A stretch of DNA of 49,593 bases, filler included, from Catajapyx aquilonaris (lineage: Eukaryota), in NCBI GenBank assembly GCA_000934665.2. It is 3 parts of 3 records of this genome, joined end to end, with 100 filler letters (N's around TTAATTAATTAA, not from the genome) between each part and the next. Parts side by side here need not be neighbours in the genome. Positions count along the whole stretch, not along the records: positions 1 to 16,465 come from JYFJ02007194.1; positions 16,566 to 33,033 come from JYFJ02007195.1; 1 more part is not named here. One strand, written 5' to 3'. The first letter of the stretch is position 1. The number at the start of each line of letters is the position of its first letter. Position numbers and translations under genes: made by a program. Below the pieces are notes generated by a model. That model was not told where the DNA came from and searched no databases. It saw only the letters and a list, made by a program, of their open reading frames with translations. Of this stretch, positions 12,001 through 23,088 are shown one piece after another.

Positions 12001-12333
12001 AGGGATCGTGGCCCTGGTGGACCTTGCCAACTATGAGAATGTGCCCGACATTGTCCCAATTGCCATAAACGGGTCGCAGTTCAGGTTCCATCCATACTTC
12101 CGGAGGATAGTGCAGGAGGAGATCGGAATGATCATGCCGGAAAGACTGGTCTGGACCTTCTTCATATTGGTCGTTAATGAATTGATGACTTAATTAATTA
12201 CTGTAATTAAATTGACCAGGTGGAGTTTATAATGACTGATGATCCCGGTGGTGTGGGGGCCATCCTGCTCACGGCCGCTGAAGTTGTCGCCAGAGAAGAG
12301 GAAAGGAGTCAGCCCGCCAAGTCTTCCTCGTAA
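9037..12333 (+). CDS. Hexokinase-fold protein (~730 aa) with degenerate active site, probable pseudoenzyme. Exons 9037-9471, 9536-9607, ~10408-10603, 10664-10977, 11032-11633, 11689-12148, 12220-12333
   Basis: The spliced frame stays open across phase-compatible GT-AG introns. Hexokinase motifs appear in order: LPTGEE, LLDLGVTDFRV, LPLCLIGDFP, WAKG, IGITLGASTIACYM, DWGTLADNGCLDFIRT, FEKM, AINGSQFRFHP, DDPGGVGAILLTA. The exon 3 acceptor and the linkage of exons 1-2 are less certain. Confidence 0.85.
9640..10340. repeat. Extremely AT-rich low-complexity intron (TAAT/TAATTAG-type repeats)
   Basis: Dense AATAAT/TAATTA motifs plus a local duplication of AAATTTATATGCTAATTAGT at ~10047 and ~10079. 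Confidence 0.7.
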
Positions 12334-13036
12334 TCCTTTGAGCTGCAGCAGTCTTAACGTCAATTGAATGCGGCAGACTAGAAGCCGCATTTTCATCCCT
12401 GCAAATCATTTTTCACAAGTCATAGCTACAATGTGCAATATTAAAATTCACTTTGTATGGTACTGATTTTTGTTGGGCGAATGTTCGGGAAGTGCTATTG
12501 AAGGTTCGTAGCGTTGTACACATTATGTCTGCAGGTGCACTATGGCATTTGAAGGAAAATTTTTGGGACAAGAATAGGAGACGATTTTTACCGTTACTTT
12601 CTCTGTGTGCTCTCTGTTGGACTCTGGACTTTGTCCAGTTCGCTATATACCGGCTCCGAGACAACTCTTTAAAAATTATGGGATTCACAGCTGCCTGCAG
12701 CCAGCAGACTGATAACACTTTGGATCTCATGTTACTGTTTTGCAAGCCGTCGCGTCGTCTGGGGAAGGTAATGAGAGTGGAAGTGCAGCAGTTAGTATGC
12801 AGCGAAGTGTCCAGAAGTTGTGACGTGCGAAGGGACTCGGCCAGCAGCCAGTCGGGTATGTCTTGATTTTTTGTACAGGCTGCACCATAACGAACAATTA
12901 AATGTCCGTACTTTAGTACACTGGAGGGTCGGACTATAGACCAGAAAGACTTATCCGATTTAGAACTGCCATGTTGTTAAAGTGTACCTACTGCCCTGCA
13001 GTTTTCAACAGGAGGGACCAACTGTTGTAGCACATT

Positions 13037-14385
13037 ATGACTCGCACCGTGAGTGACAGGACCAAGGAGGAGGACAACAGTGATGCCGAGGCTCATTTTA
13101 GCCCAAATGAAGACAGCCGGAAGAGCGTAAAAGATGCCGAACTACCACAGGATGAGAAGGCGAATGATACGAACGAGTCGCAACCATTGAGAGCAGGCCA
13201 AACCAGCCTTTCAAGACAAGTATGGCGACTATCACGTTTATTATATTGCCATGTCGTACATCTAATGCACTCTGTACATTTTAGGGATCACACTCACTAT
13301 CAGGCGAAGAGGCTAACCTGAATCAACCCGAGTCACATGAGAGCCTGAAGAGTCGGCGTGGATTTAGGCGTTACAAGTGCGACATCTGCGACCGCTGGTT
13401 TACCTATGAGGGCAAGATGTACCGGCACAGAGAATTGCATGAGGGCACCAAGCCCTACAAATGCAGTGTGTGCGGCAAGGCGTTCTTCTCAAGAGTGTTG
13501 ATGCAGGTTCATTTTTCAAATCATTCCGACAGCTTTGCATGCCATATCTGTTCAAAATCGTGCAAATCTAAGAGTCGGTTGCGCGATCATTTAATGGCGC
13601 ACAAGATGCGTTTTGATTGTAGTTGTTGCGGTAAGGTGTTTGCGACCAAACAAGCCATGCAAAGTCACATGCTGGTTCACAACAAAGAGAGAAAGTTCAA
13701 ATGCACCTTGTGTCCTAAGACATTTGCACGTGCGTCAGGACTCAGGCTGCACTTGAACATGCACGAGGGTATTAAGCCGCATGCGTGCAATCTCTGCAAC
13801 AAAAGATTCTCACGATCCGGTAGTTTGAAAGCGCACATGATCACTCACTTGGTAGACGGGCCGTACACATGCAACACTTGCAAACGCGTTTTTAAGAAAG
13901 GGTCGCACTTGAAAATACACCAGGTGTCCCACTATGAAAAGCTACCTTACAGCTGTCAGGTGTGCAAAAGGTCCTTCACACGGATGGATTGCTTGCGAGG
14001 TCATCAGATGTGTCATCCCGATGACACTGATCTGATTTGCAGCATATGCGGAAAAAAGTTTAGTAACAAAGAAAACTTGGTGGTACACATGGTGAAGCAT
14101 GAGAAGGGCCAGCTCTATCCATGTCAGGACTGCGCACCGTTTTATTACAGCAAGAATGGTCTGACCGTACACTTGACGCAGTACAAGGGCATGCGGGTAT
14201 CAACCTGCACTATTTGTGGGAGGAAATACATTTCTGATGCGCAACTTGTGTTGCACTTGAAGGAATGGCATCGTGGGGCGAAGCTGTTGGAGTGCGACAT
14301 TTGCAAGGGTGAATTTGGGACGTCGTCTGAGCTGCTGCGACATCTTGCATTTGACCATGCCACTCAGGCTGAAAATTTTGACTAA
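13037..14385 (+). CDS. C2H2 zinc-finger protein with 12 tandem fingers (finger 10 degenerate). Exons 13037-13219 and 13285-14385; further upstream exons possible
   Basis: Repeated CxxC-x12-HxxxH units with Kruppel-like linkers (EGTKPY, EGIKPH). A phase-0 intron GTATGG...TTTTAG (13220-13284) joins an acidic N-terminal exon in frame. AATAAA at ~14725. Confidence 0.9.
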
Positions 14386-14972
14386 CAAAAACTTGTTAAC
14401 ATAAAAACTGTATTTTCAATTTGTAGGTTGCGGTGGTTGCGGTTACCTTTTTTTCCCCCTAAGCAGATCGTTATGTTAACTAGACAAGTAGCGGGTTGTA
14501 GCTAGTGCTTATGATGCGATTTTAAGAAATTCTTTAACTACTGCGGGTAAAAGTTTATTCATGACAATTTTGGTGGTTTTTAAGAAAAAAAAATTGTGCA
14601 ATATAATTGATTATTTGTCATTTACTTTAGCAATAGATAGCATTCAGTTGTGATTACCTGCTGATTAGTTACATTCACAATTATTGCAGCTGATTGTAAT
14701 GTGTTTCACAATGTACCGGTACTTAATAAAAAGTTCTTGCACATAAGATATGTAACCGCATTTTTTAATTGACGTGTGAATTGATTATGAGGGATGGGGA
14801 AGTAAAGCAGGAGGACTCGGAGGGGACTATGCGTCTCGGTTCTAGGGTGACTTTCTGTATATCATACGGTTCCTATAATATGTTAATAATGACAATTTTT
14901 TGAATTTAATTACATTTAATTAATTACAGTTACAGGACATGTTAGTGGGTACATACACTCTCCATGCATTGT

Positions 14973-16465
14973 TTACTTTAAAAAGGGGAAGATCGGTGCA
15001 TTATTTTTATAACTTGATTTTTTACGGCAGCCAATTTCGACAGCAAATATGATCAGCGATACCAGAAGTCCCACCTGCCAGAAGTGAAATATTGCGGACA
15101 GCTTGTCCAGAGTGAGTATTTCGTCTGCCAGGACTTCAGCTTCTCTCTTCTCATCTTCAGCTCGGGTCACCTTCAAGTGACGCAGGAACTGCATGTAGCG
15201 ATCGTCTCTCAGGAACTTGAAGGAGAGGCCCAGGTTATCATTGAACATCCGATAGAAGTCTTGCAGGAGGTGGAACAAGGATGTTTTATCTCGAGAGACT
15301 GGTATGGACCCATATATTGGGAGGATCCGATCGTCGCAGAACTTGACAGTCAGTTGACCAGACATGTCCATGAAACGATAGAGTTCTTGCTGCTCTATCA
15401 TCACGTTGATACCTATGCAAGCGACATCCTCTTTGTGGGTGCTGTCCAGGCAGCTTTGAAAGGTTTCAGCCATATCAACTCTTTGTAACAGTTGCTTCAG
15501 AAAGGTGTCATTTGATGTCTTGATGAACCCACTCAGGGCGATGTACTGGAATATGTTGGATTCCATCTTCCAGCCGGACTTGTACAGTCCAGTGAATGTT
15601 GTTGGGATGAATTCCCTAGGAGGCCAGGTCAGGAATGATACAATCTTGTCCTTGTATCCAGTCACCACGACCATCACGAAGAGGGAGTAGAAGGAGGCCA
15701 GGACCAGGAACCGTCTGGTGCGAGGGAAGTGGATGGGCTGCTCCAGGAGGTGACGGAGGACGAGACCCATGGACTGGGGGAAGGTCAAAGGTCGGTGCAG
15801 ATGTTGCTCGTCCAGTCCGGATCTCCACAGAGAGAGTCGGTTGACGGCCATGGTGACCAGGACGAGTGTGACCAAGAAGCAGACCCAGAAGACCAGAGGG
15901 TAGGGTCTGTATATGACCCGCCAGTTGATCACTCCCTCGGGGTGTCGGGTCAGGAAGGTGAAATGTGCATAACCATACGGATGCGGGTTCAGCAGGTAAG
16001 GAAGTGTCTTCTCGGACAGGAACAGAGCAGTTGGCATGTCAGCTTTTCCAGATAACATGTCTCCGAGAAGACCAACCCAGGTTCCATTGTTCAGCTGATA
16101 ATCAGTGTCAACACTCTGCAGGTTCTTGACATACATTTCGATCCTCATGTTAAGCTTACTTTCCATCAGCAACAGTGGGCGTACATATGCGTTAACTGCC
16201 ATTTCTCCATGCTCATTCAGGACTTTCTTGCCCTTGTCGAAGAAGATGTCCAAGTATGTCCCTACCCTGACCTTCTTCCCGTTCATGCGCTCTGATCTGC
16301 CCCTGAAGAGCCCCTTCAGCCCGTGCCCCGCCTGACCCAGCTGGTAGTCCCCCAGTGGCCTGACCCTTGGCGTCCCCCCCTCCCCGCAGAAGAAGCAAGT
16401 GTCCTCCATCCTGAGCCTCCCTCCTTCCCCCTTGGGACTGGTGACCACCTTCAGCCTGAGCCCAG
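14973..16465 (-). CDS. Divergent ionotropic receptor (IR), 5' end lost in the assembly gap
   Basis: 491+ aa open frame with MNGKKVRV, NGTWVGLLGDMLSGKADM, RPYPLVFWVCFL (TM1), VVVTGYKDKIVSFLTWP (TM2) and LTLDKLSAIFHFWQVGLLVSLIIFAVE (TM3). The frame is open up to the N-run. Confidence 0.92.
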
Positions 16466-16565
16466 NNNNNNNNNNNNNNNNNNNNNNNNNNNNNNNNNNN
16501 NNNNNNNNNTTAATTAATTAANNNNNNNNNNNNNNNNNNNNNNNNNNNNNNNNNNNNNNNNNNNN
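16466..16565. other. Artificial assembly linker (N44-TTAATTAATTAA-N44)
   Basis: Exactly 100 bp with a central 12-mer that gives stops in all six frames. Identical to the spacer at 33034-33133. Confidence 0.97.
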
Positions 16566-16820
16566 CATGATTTTTGGTTATGCCACTGTATTCCCCATCC
16601 CAAGAAACCTCTAGATCCCAAAAATCTCGCCGATAGCACTAATGATAGCTTCCCCAGGGCCTTCATAAAGTTGTGCATTCTTGACCTTTTGACCCCTGTA
16701 TCTCGAAAACGCTTGAGATCGAGGATTTCTCCAGAAGGGTGTTGTCCTTCTAGCTGATAAGGAACCCGAAAAAAAATATTTGACCTTGAACTTCGAGGGA
16801 CACTTCGAGAGGTTCCCTTG
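16566..16820. mobile_element. Partial second copy (terminal arm) of the foldback element at 23089..23924
   Basis: Near-identical to ~23673-23924 and ends at the same terminus ...GAGAGGTTCCCTTG. Truncated by the gap. Confidence 0.9.
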
Positions 16821-17440
16821 AGTGAATGTATTGGGAGATTGGAATTGAGGTATGTTTCCAGATATGTGGACTCTTTAATGAAAAAATAATGTGCATATCT
16901 CTTGGACTTCAAATTTGAAAAATATCTCTGAATCAAAATGTCCGCATATGTGGTGAGAATACCTAGGATCGAACTGACATTCTCTTCCGCCAACCAACTA
17001 TAGGCAGACACTCCCATCTTCTCGAATTGCAGACCCAATCCAACTTTTGGAATTTCCACATGGTGATTTATTTACTTCGTAGTCGAAACATCTTTTAGTT
17101 AGTGAGTCTGGTTGCAACTTCTTTACTTTCAATAGCCATTTAATTAGAATTTTCATTATTCGAAGCGCTAATGGTCTGTGCCCAGTCTCAAGTCTGACAA
17201 AATATCCAGCTGAACAGCTGGGGAGTACTAATTTTTTTTAAATGAAATACATTTGCACCTGTTCGAGTGTATCCAAATAATCCAGACCCCATATAAAGGA
17301 ATTGTATAAGGCGATGGGGGCGATATGCGCAGCGAATAATTGAAGGGGTCGGTGCAATACTGCCCTAACCCACCAAATGGCACAAATGGAGTTTCGCGCA
17401 CTTCCATACACTACACTCAAATATCTAATAAAGTACACTG
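16821..17440 (-). pseudogene. Decayed non-LTR retrotransposon (LINE) reverse-transcriptase C-terminal fragment, interrupted by the foldback element
   Basis: Minus-strand translation RYLSVVY...LFAAHIAPIALYNSFIWG...LEQVQMYFI*KKLVLPSCSAGYFVRLETGHRPLALRIMKILIKWLLKV...CFDYE...SW (frameshift) ...YFFIKESTYLETYL. This follows the LINE post-RT pattern P.LLYG.E.WG...ELG..PL....IKYW.K. Contains a stop and a frameshift. Confidence 0.75.
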
Positions 17441-17694
17441 AGATTGTCAGTTTCTGCCATTTGTCGGTGAGAAATCAAACAATGTTTTTATTGCTGCAAG
17501 GTTATGATTCCCTTTTCTGCAGCAAAACCGCCCTAACCCTCCGTCTTCAAATATAGCAGCGCGCAGGATGCAGCTGCGAGCAGCTGTGTCTCACGAGTTG
17601 GGCTTAAATAATGAGCTTTTGCCTGATGACACCAATGTGGATGAGAGTAGGCTACCTAAGATTCAGAGTTCGATCGTTATAATGATGATGTGCC

Positions 17695-17792
17695 AAGTTA
17701 GTAGTCCATTCAGCTGTTTAATAGCCGCAGAGCATATCTCGTCGCTTGTAAACACTGCTTTAAATCGTGGGTCAAGCAGTGTGGCAAGTCCC
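17695..17792 (-). pseudogene. hAT-superfamily transposase fragment
   Basis: Minus-strand GLATLLDPRFKAVF; ATLLDPRFK is a hallmark hAT transposase motif. Short and isolated. Confidence 0.55.
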
Positions 17793-19266
17793 TGAAAAAA
17801 TTTCCCAGGTGTATTTTTCCATGTTATAATGTGACTTTGGAAAGAAAGATATTGGGAGACCTGTTATCTGTAACTAATTTGAAGACATATTAGGTAGCCA
17901 AATACTGAGCCTTGAATAAACTTGACAACGTCTCACCTTATCTTCCCCCCCCCCCCCCCCCCCNCCCCCCCCGACTCGACCTACACGAAGAATATATTTT
18001 GGACCTGTCTATAGTTCGTCTCAGATTATCGCGCCGAGTAGTTGAGTGAACTTCGTGTGTGAGTCAAGTGCGGCACACCTCATCGCAATAAGGTACGGTA
18101 ATTAAAAGACAGCTATCTGAGCGACTTAAGTGCGACGATTAATCATCTCGAGGCAACGGTGGAGGCTGAGGCCTTATGGCGAAACATTGTTTGACCATTT
18201 TCATCTGCAGGGAGTTTTAAATGACAATTTTTTTTATATTGTAGTCCAAATTTTTTAAATTATGGAAGTGGTACAATTACAATTAGAAGCATAATTACAG
18301 CGGTTTAGATGGAAGTCAAATGGTGTCCACACGACATTCAGTATAATATGCATGTATCAGCGGCGTATATCGAGTTGTCCCATTTGACCCTTGCGGTTCT
18401 GTACATTGCGCAATAATTTGAGAATCATTCCATGGGAATATTTGCACAGCTGATTTTTATTACTAAAATGTGATTTGACGATTTTAAGTGAAGAATTCCT
18501 GAGCGTCAAAAAAAAAGTTGGTTGCAGGCAATGTGGAGAGGGATGGTGTAACTTCAAATTTTGCAGTTATAATTTTTTGCAAGTGTGCAAACTGTTACAC
18601 GTAATTAAAGTATGATATTACTCTTAAAAGGAAAATAGTTTGGAATTATTTGCAGTAACACTGAAGAGGCTGTATTTATGGGGCATACGGCAGGCTCATT
18701 TGAAAGTGAAATTTTGTAACGATTTTCATCTTCTCGTCGCTTATTATTTTATGAGAATGATCTGCCCCTTTTCCACTGGCAATCAAGTGCTGTTAAGATA
18801 CGAGTTCATGTGCGAATATTATGTTGTCTCCATGATGAATTTTGAATTTTAAAACAGCTGCGTCCACTTTTTAAAAACATTTCACTGTGGCCTTCAGTGT
18901 ACGATAATACGCCTTTCAAACAAAACCAGTTAATGCTCCATTTAACATACGTCATTTTGGCATCGCATGCAATCATTGTGGAGTAAAATGTGGACTGAAT
19001 TAAAAATGGTAACAGTGAATTTCGATAATGTCAGTAATAAAATTTGAAGGCTGCTGGCGTCACCGAAGTAATGTGCCCCTATTTGCTTAACAGTTTCCTG
19101 ACAAATGCAATGATACTGGTTGGTAGTCGAATAGCAAACTTGCGTAGTTAGCAGCAGGTTTCCATTACGCGGTGCATTCCGCTGAAATTAATGCATTTTG
19201 ATCATAGATGTTTCTGCTATCACCTGGCCATTCTTTGAGGTGTTAGATGGGAGGTTAGATGGGTGT

Positions 19267-19358
19267 TATATATAGATATAGATATATATATATATATAGA
19301 TATATATATAGATATATAGATATATATATATATAGATATATATATATAGATATAGATA
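19267..19358. repeat. (TA)n/(GATATA)n compound microsatellite
   Basis: Direct reading of the sequence. Confidence 0.95.
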
Positions 19359-20109
19359 TTATTTATAAGTCGAGAAACGTTGTGTAATGCAGATTGTGTA
19401 TTTAATTTTTTTCCACTAGGGCCCAGGCTAATATATCCCGTGCGATTAACCATAACCACATCATAATTTCCATATGATTCCCACATTATCACCCCTGACC
19501 TGTAATTGCGGCATTCAATGCAACCTGATATTGTTGTATCTAAACTCTTGTTTGATTTAGTATAAACTTGGTTTGCTAAAAATCACAGCATATGCCTATA
19601 CGGGGGCGTCGGAAGGGCTGGGGACAAAGAGGCTACTTTCGTGACCTTGATTGTCACATGCACATTCGCAGGAGCAAGGAAACTTGATTTAAGTGATTGT
19701 GCAATCAGGATGGATCCCATGATCGGATGAACTAATGTTGACGTCGACGGTCACAGTTGAACAGATTAAATATTAAGTTGAATTTCATTTCGGTTGCATC
19801 CCTTGATTGGATCCTAATTAAGATGAACTACACGGTAATAACGGTATGACACTCATGGTCAAATAACATGAGGTAAACGTGTTATTCAGGTTGACTGATT
19901 TTTATGGTCAATATTAGATCAATAAGTGTTGTTTAAGTTGAGCTTTATTTCAACGTATGCCTTGATTGGGTATACTTGTAATGATGGGCCATTTTTAGGA
20001 CCTTTATGGTCCTGTGACCTGAAACAGAAAAAGAATCGAAAATAATATTATTTCAGTTGGCTGATATATTCATGATCACATGAACAAATAATATTTAAGT
20101 TGAATGATC

Positions 20110-22010
20110 TTCTTGATCACATGAACAAGTAAACAAGTCCAATGATCTTCATGATCCCATATGAACAAGTAATTATAAGTTGGCTGATTTTCGTGATCAC
20201 AAATAATATTTAAGCTGACTGTTCATGATCACATGAACAAGTAACAAAGTCCAATGATCTTCATGATCCCATATGAGCAAGTAATTATAAGTTGGCTGAA
20301 TTTCATGACCACAAATATTATTTAAGCTGACTATTCATGATCACATGAACAAGTAAAAAAAGTCCAATGATCTTCATGATCCTATATGCAATAGTAATTA
20401 TATTAAGTTGGCTGAATTACCTGATCACAAATAATATTTAAGCTGTCCATGATCACATGAACAAGTAAAAAGTCCAATGATCTTCATGATCCCATGAACG
20501 AGTAATTATAAGTTGGCTGAATTTCATGATCACAAATAATATTTAAGCTGACTGTTCATGATCACAAATAATATTTAAGCTGACTGTTCATGATCACACG
20601 AACAAGTAAAAAGTCTAATGATCTTCATGATCACATATGAACAAGTAATTATAAGTTGGCTGAATTGAATGATCCCAAATAATAATATTTAAGCTGATTG
20701 TTCATGATCACATGAACAGGTAAAAAAAGTCCGATCTTCATGATCACATGAACAAGTAATTATAAGTTGGCTGAATTTCATGATCACAAATAATAATATT
20801 TAAGCTGATTGTTCATGATCACATGAACAAGTAAAAAAGTCCAATGATCTTCATGATCCCATATGCACAAGTAATTATATTAAGTTGGCTGAATTTCATG
20901 ATTACAAATAATATTTAAGCTGACTGTTCATGATCACATGAACAGGTAAAAAAGTCCGATGATCTTCATGATCACATGAACGAGTAATTATAAGTTGGCT
21001 GAATTGAATGATCCCAAATAATAATAATATTTAAGCTGATTGTTCATGATCACATGAACAGGTAAAAAAAGTCCGATCTTCATGATCACATGAACAAGTA
21101 ATTATAAGTTGGCTGAATTTCATGATCACAAATAATAATATTTAAGCTGATTGTTCATGATCACATGAACAAGTAAAAAAGTCCGATGATCTTCATGATC
21201 CCATATGCACAAGTAATTATATTAAGTTGGCTGAATTTCATGATTACAAATAATATTTAAGCTGACTGTTCATGATCACATGAACAGGTAAAAAAGTCCG
21301 ATGATCTTTATGATCACATGAACGAGTAATTATAAGTTGGCTGAATTTCATGATCACAAATAATAATATTTAAGCTGACTGTTCATGATCACATGAACAA
21401 GTAAAAAGTCCAATGATCTTCATGATCCCATGAACGAGTAATTATAAGTTGGCTGAATTTCATGATCACAAATAATAATATTTAAGCTGACTGTTCATGA
21501 TCACATGAACAAGTAAAAAGTCCAATGATCTTCATGATCACATATGAACAAGTAATTATAAGTTGGCTGAATTGAATGATCCCAAATAATAATATTTAAG
21601 CTGATTGTTCATGATCACATGAACAAGTAAAAAGGTCCAATGATCTTCATGATCCCATATGCACAAGTAATTATATTAAGTTGGCTGAATTTCATGATTA
21701 CAAATATTTAAGCTGACTGTTCATGATCACATGAACAGGTAAAAAAAAGTCCGATCTTCATGATCACATGAACAAGTAATTATAAGTTGGCTGAATTGAA
21801 TGATCACAAATAATAATATTTAAGCTGATTGTTCATGATCACATGAACAAGTAAAAAAGTCCAATGATCTTCATGATCCCATGAACAAGTAATTTTAAGG
21901 TGGTTGAATTTCATGATCGCAAATAATATTTAAGCTGACTGTCCATGATCACATGAACAGGTAAAAAGTCCAATGATCTTCATGATCACATGAACAAGTA
22001 ATTATAAGTT
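20110..22010. repeat. Tandem satellite, ~17 copies of a ~110-bp unit built from three CATGATC-core subrepeats; degenerate lead-in from ~19640
   Basis: Unit approx. TGATCTTCATGATCCCATATGAACAAGTAATTATAAGTTGGCTGAATTTCATGATCACAAATAATATTTAAGCTGACTGTTCATGATCACATGAACAAGTAAAAAGTCCAA. The AAGTCC-type anchor was counted 17 times between 20136 and 21967. Confidence 0.95.
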
Positions 22011-22331
22011 GCACCATTCCCCTTTCTCCCCATTCCCCCCTCATTCCTCTGGATCAGAAGATGTCGCCCTGACCTTCAAACCGTTGCGTTGGGGGTGTGC
22101 CTCTGTGATCATCCTGCCATGCCGCCTGGTGGAGGAAGGAAGCACCACAACAAGGAGATGCCACTTCCCTTAATGGAGTGTCACCCTGCGGCTCCATCAT
22201 CTCATCAGGATCGCCTTCAGTGTATTTTTTTAATGGACAAAAGTTGAGGATGACAGCAATGGGCGTATCTCCTGGGCCGTACTGTGTGTAGGTCATGTGT
22301 AGGCCGTTGGGTATTTTAAGTCATAAGCAAA

Positions 22332-22456
22332 TAAGGTCATACACAACTAAGGTATACACAACTAAGGTCATACACAACTAAGGTCATACACAACTAAGGT
22401 CATACACAACTAAGGTCATACACAACTAAGGTCATACTCAGCTCAGGTCATACGCA
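22332..22456. repeat. 16-bp minisatellite (TAAGGTCATACACAAC)n, ~7-8 copies
   Basis: Direct reading; the last copies are degenerate. Confidence 0.95.
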
Positions 22457-23088
22457 CAGGTTCTGTGAGCATGTCGTATGCTGTACATCAGTCAACTTGA
22501 CACACGAAGAACATAGTCAGCTCATCACCGATTAAATCAGTTTATTTTTCTTGGCAGGCCACAATCCCAGCTAGACTCCAGATTAGGCGAATATATGTAG
22601 ACATTTTTGAGACTTTCAGTGCGCAAGAGGATTGGTGAGTTGTGCATTTTTTAATTCTTTGGCAACATTCAAAGAGAGTGATCATGCAGATTAGAATTAT
22701 TATTAATGCCCTTTAGGCAGAACTCTTTTATTTAAATATTTTACAAGGGAGTTTACAATTTGCAATTCAAATGGCTCAAAGATACATTTTTGCACCAATA
22801 AACTGTAACATTGAACGAGGAATCTTAATTATTAATTTTAAACAATTTGCTCCCGTAATAATATTTTCTCATTGGGCCAAATATTTTTGAATGATTCCTA
22901 TTCAGTTATATTGAAACAAAAATGTGTTAAATTTAACTCTGCATACACTCCATGGTTAAATAATCACGTGAACAGGTTGTGGTATAGTTAGGAAGCCAAG
23001 TTAATGTTACAATGCAATCCGCTTACACTGCTGTGGTAAATGCAATGACTGTATTATTCTCAATATTCATGTTCATTTTATTCTCTCA

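Noticed and set aside
16466..16565. TTAATTAATTAA as a biological motif (also at 33078)
   Set aside because: It is centred in identical N-runs, so it is an artificial all-frame-stop linker. Adjacency across these gaps is not guaranteed.
16514..17059. 181-aa ORF as the missing N-terminus of the IR at 14973-16465
   Set aside because: It is a chimera of LINE RT C-terminal sequence and a foldback arm. Base composition differs from the IR, and rejoining across the element does not restore the IR frame.
20110..22010. CRISPR-like array (regularly spaced palindromic repeats)
   Set aside because: The intervening sequences are themselves repeated rather than unique spacers, there are no cas genes, and the context is eukaryotic. 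It is a satellite.
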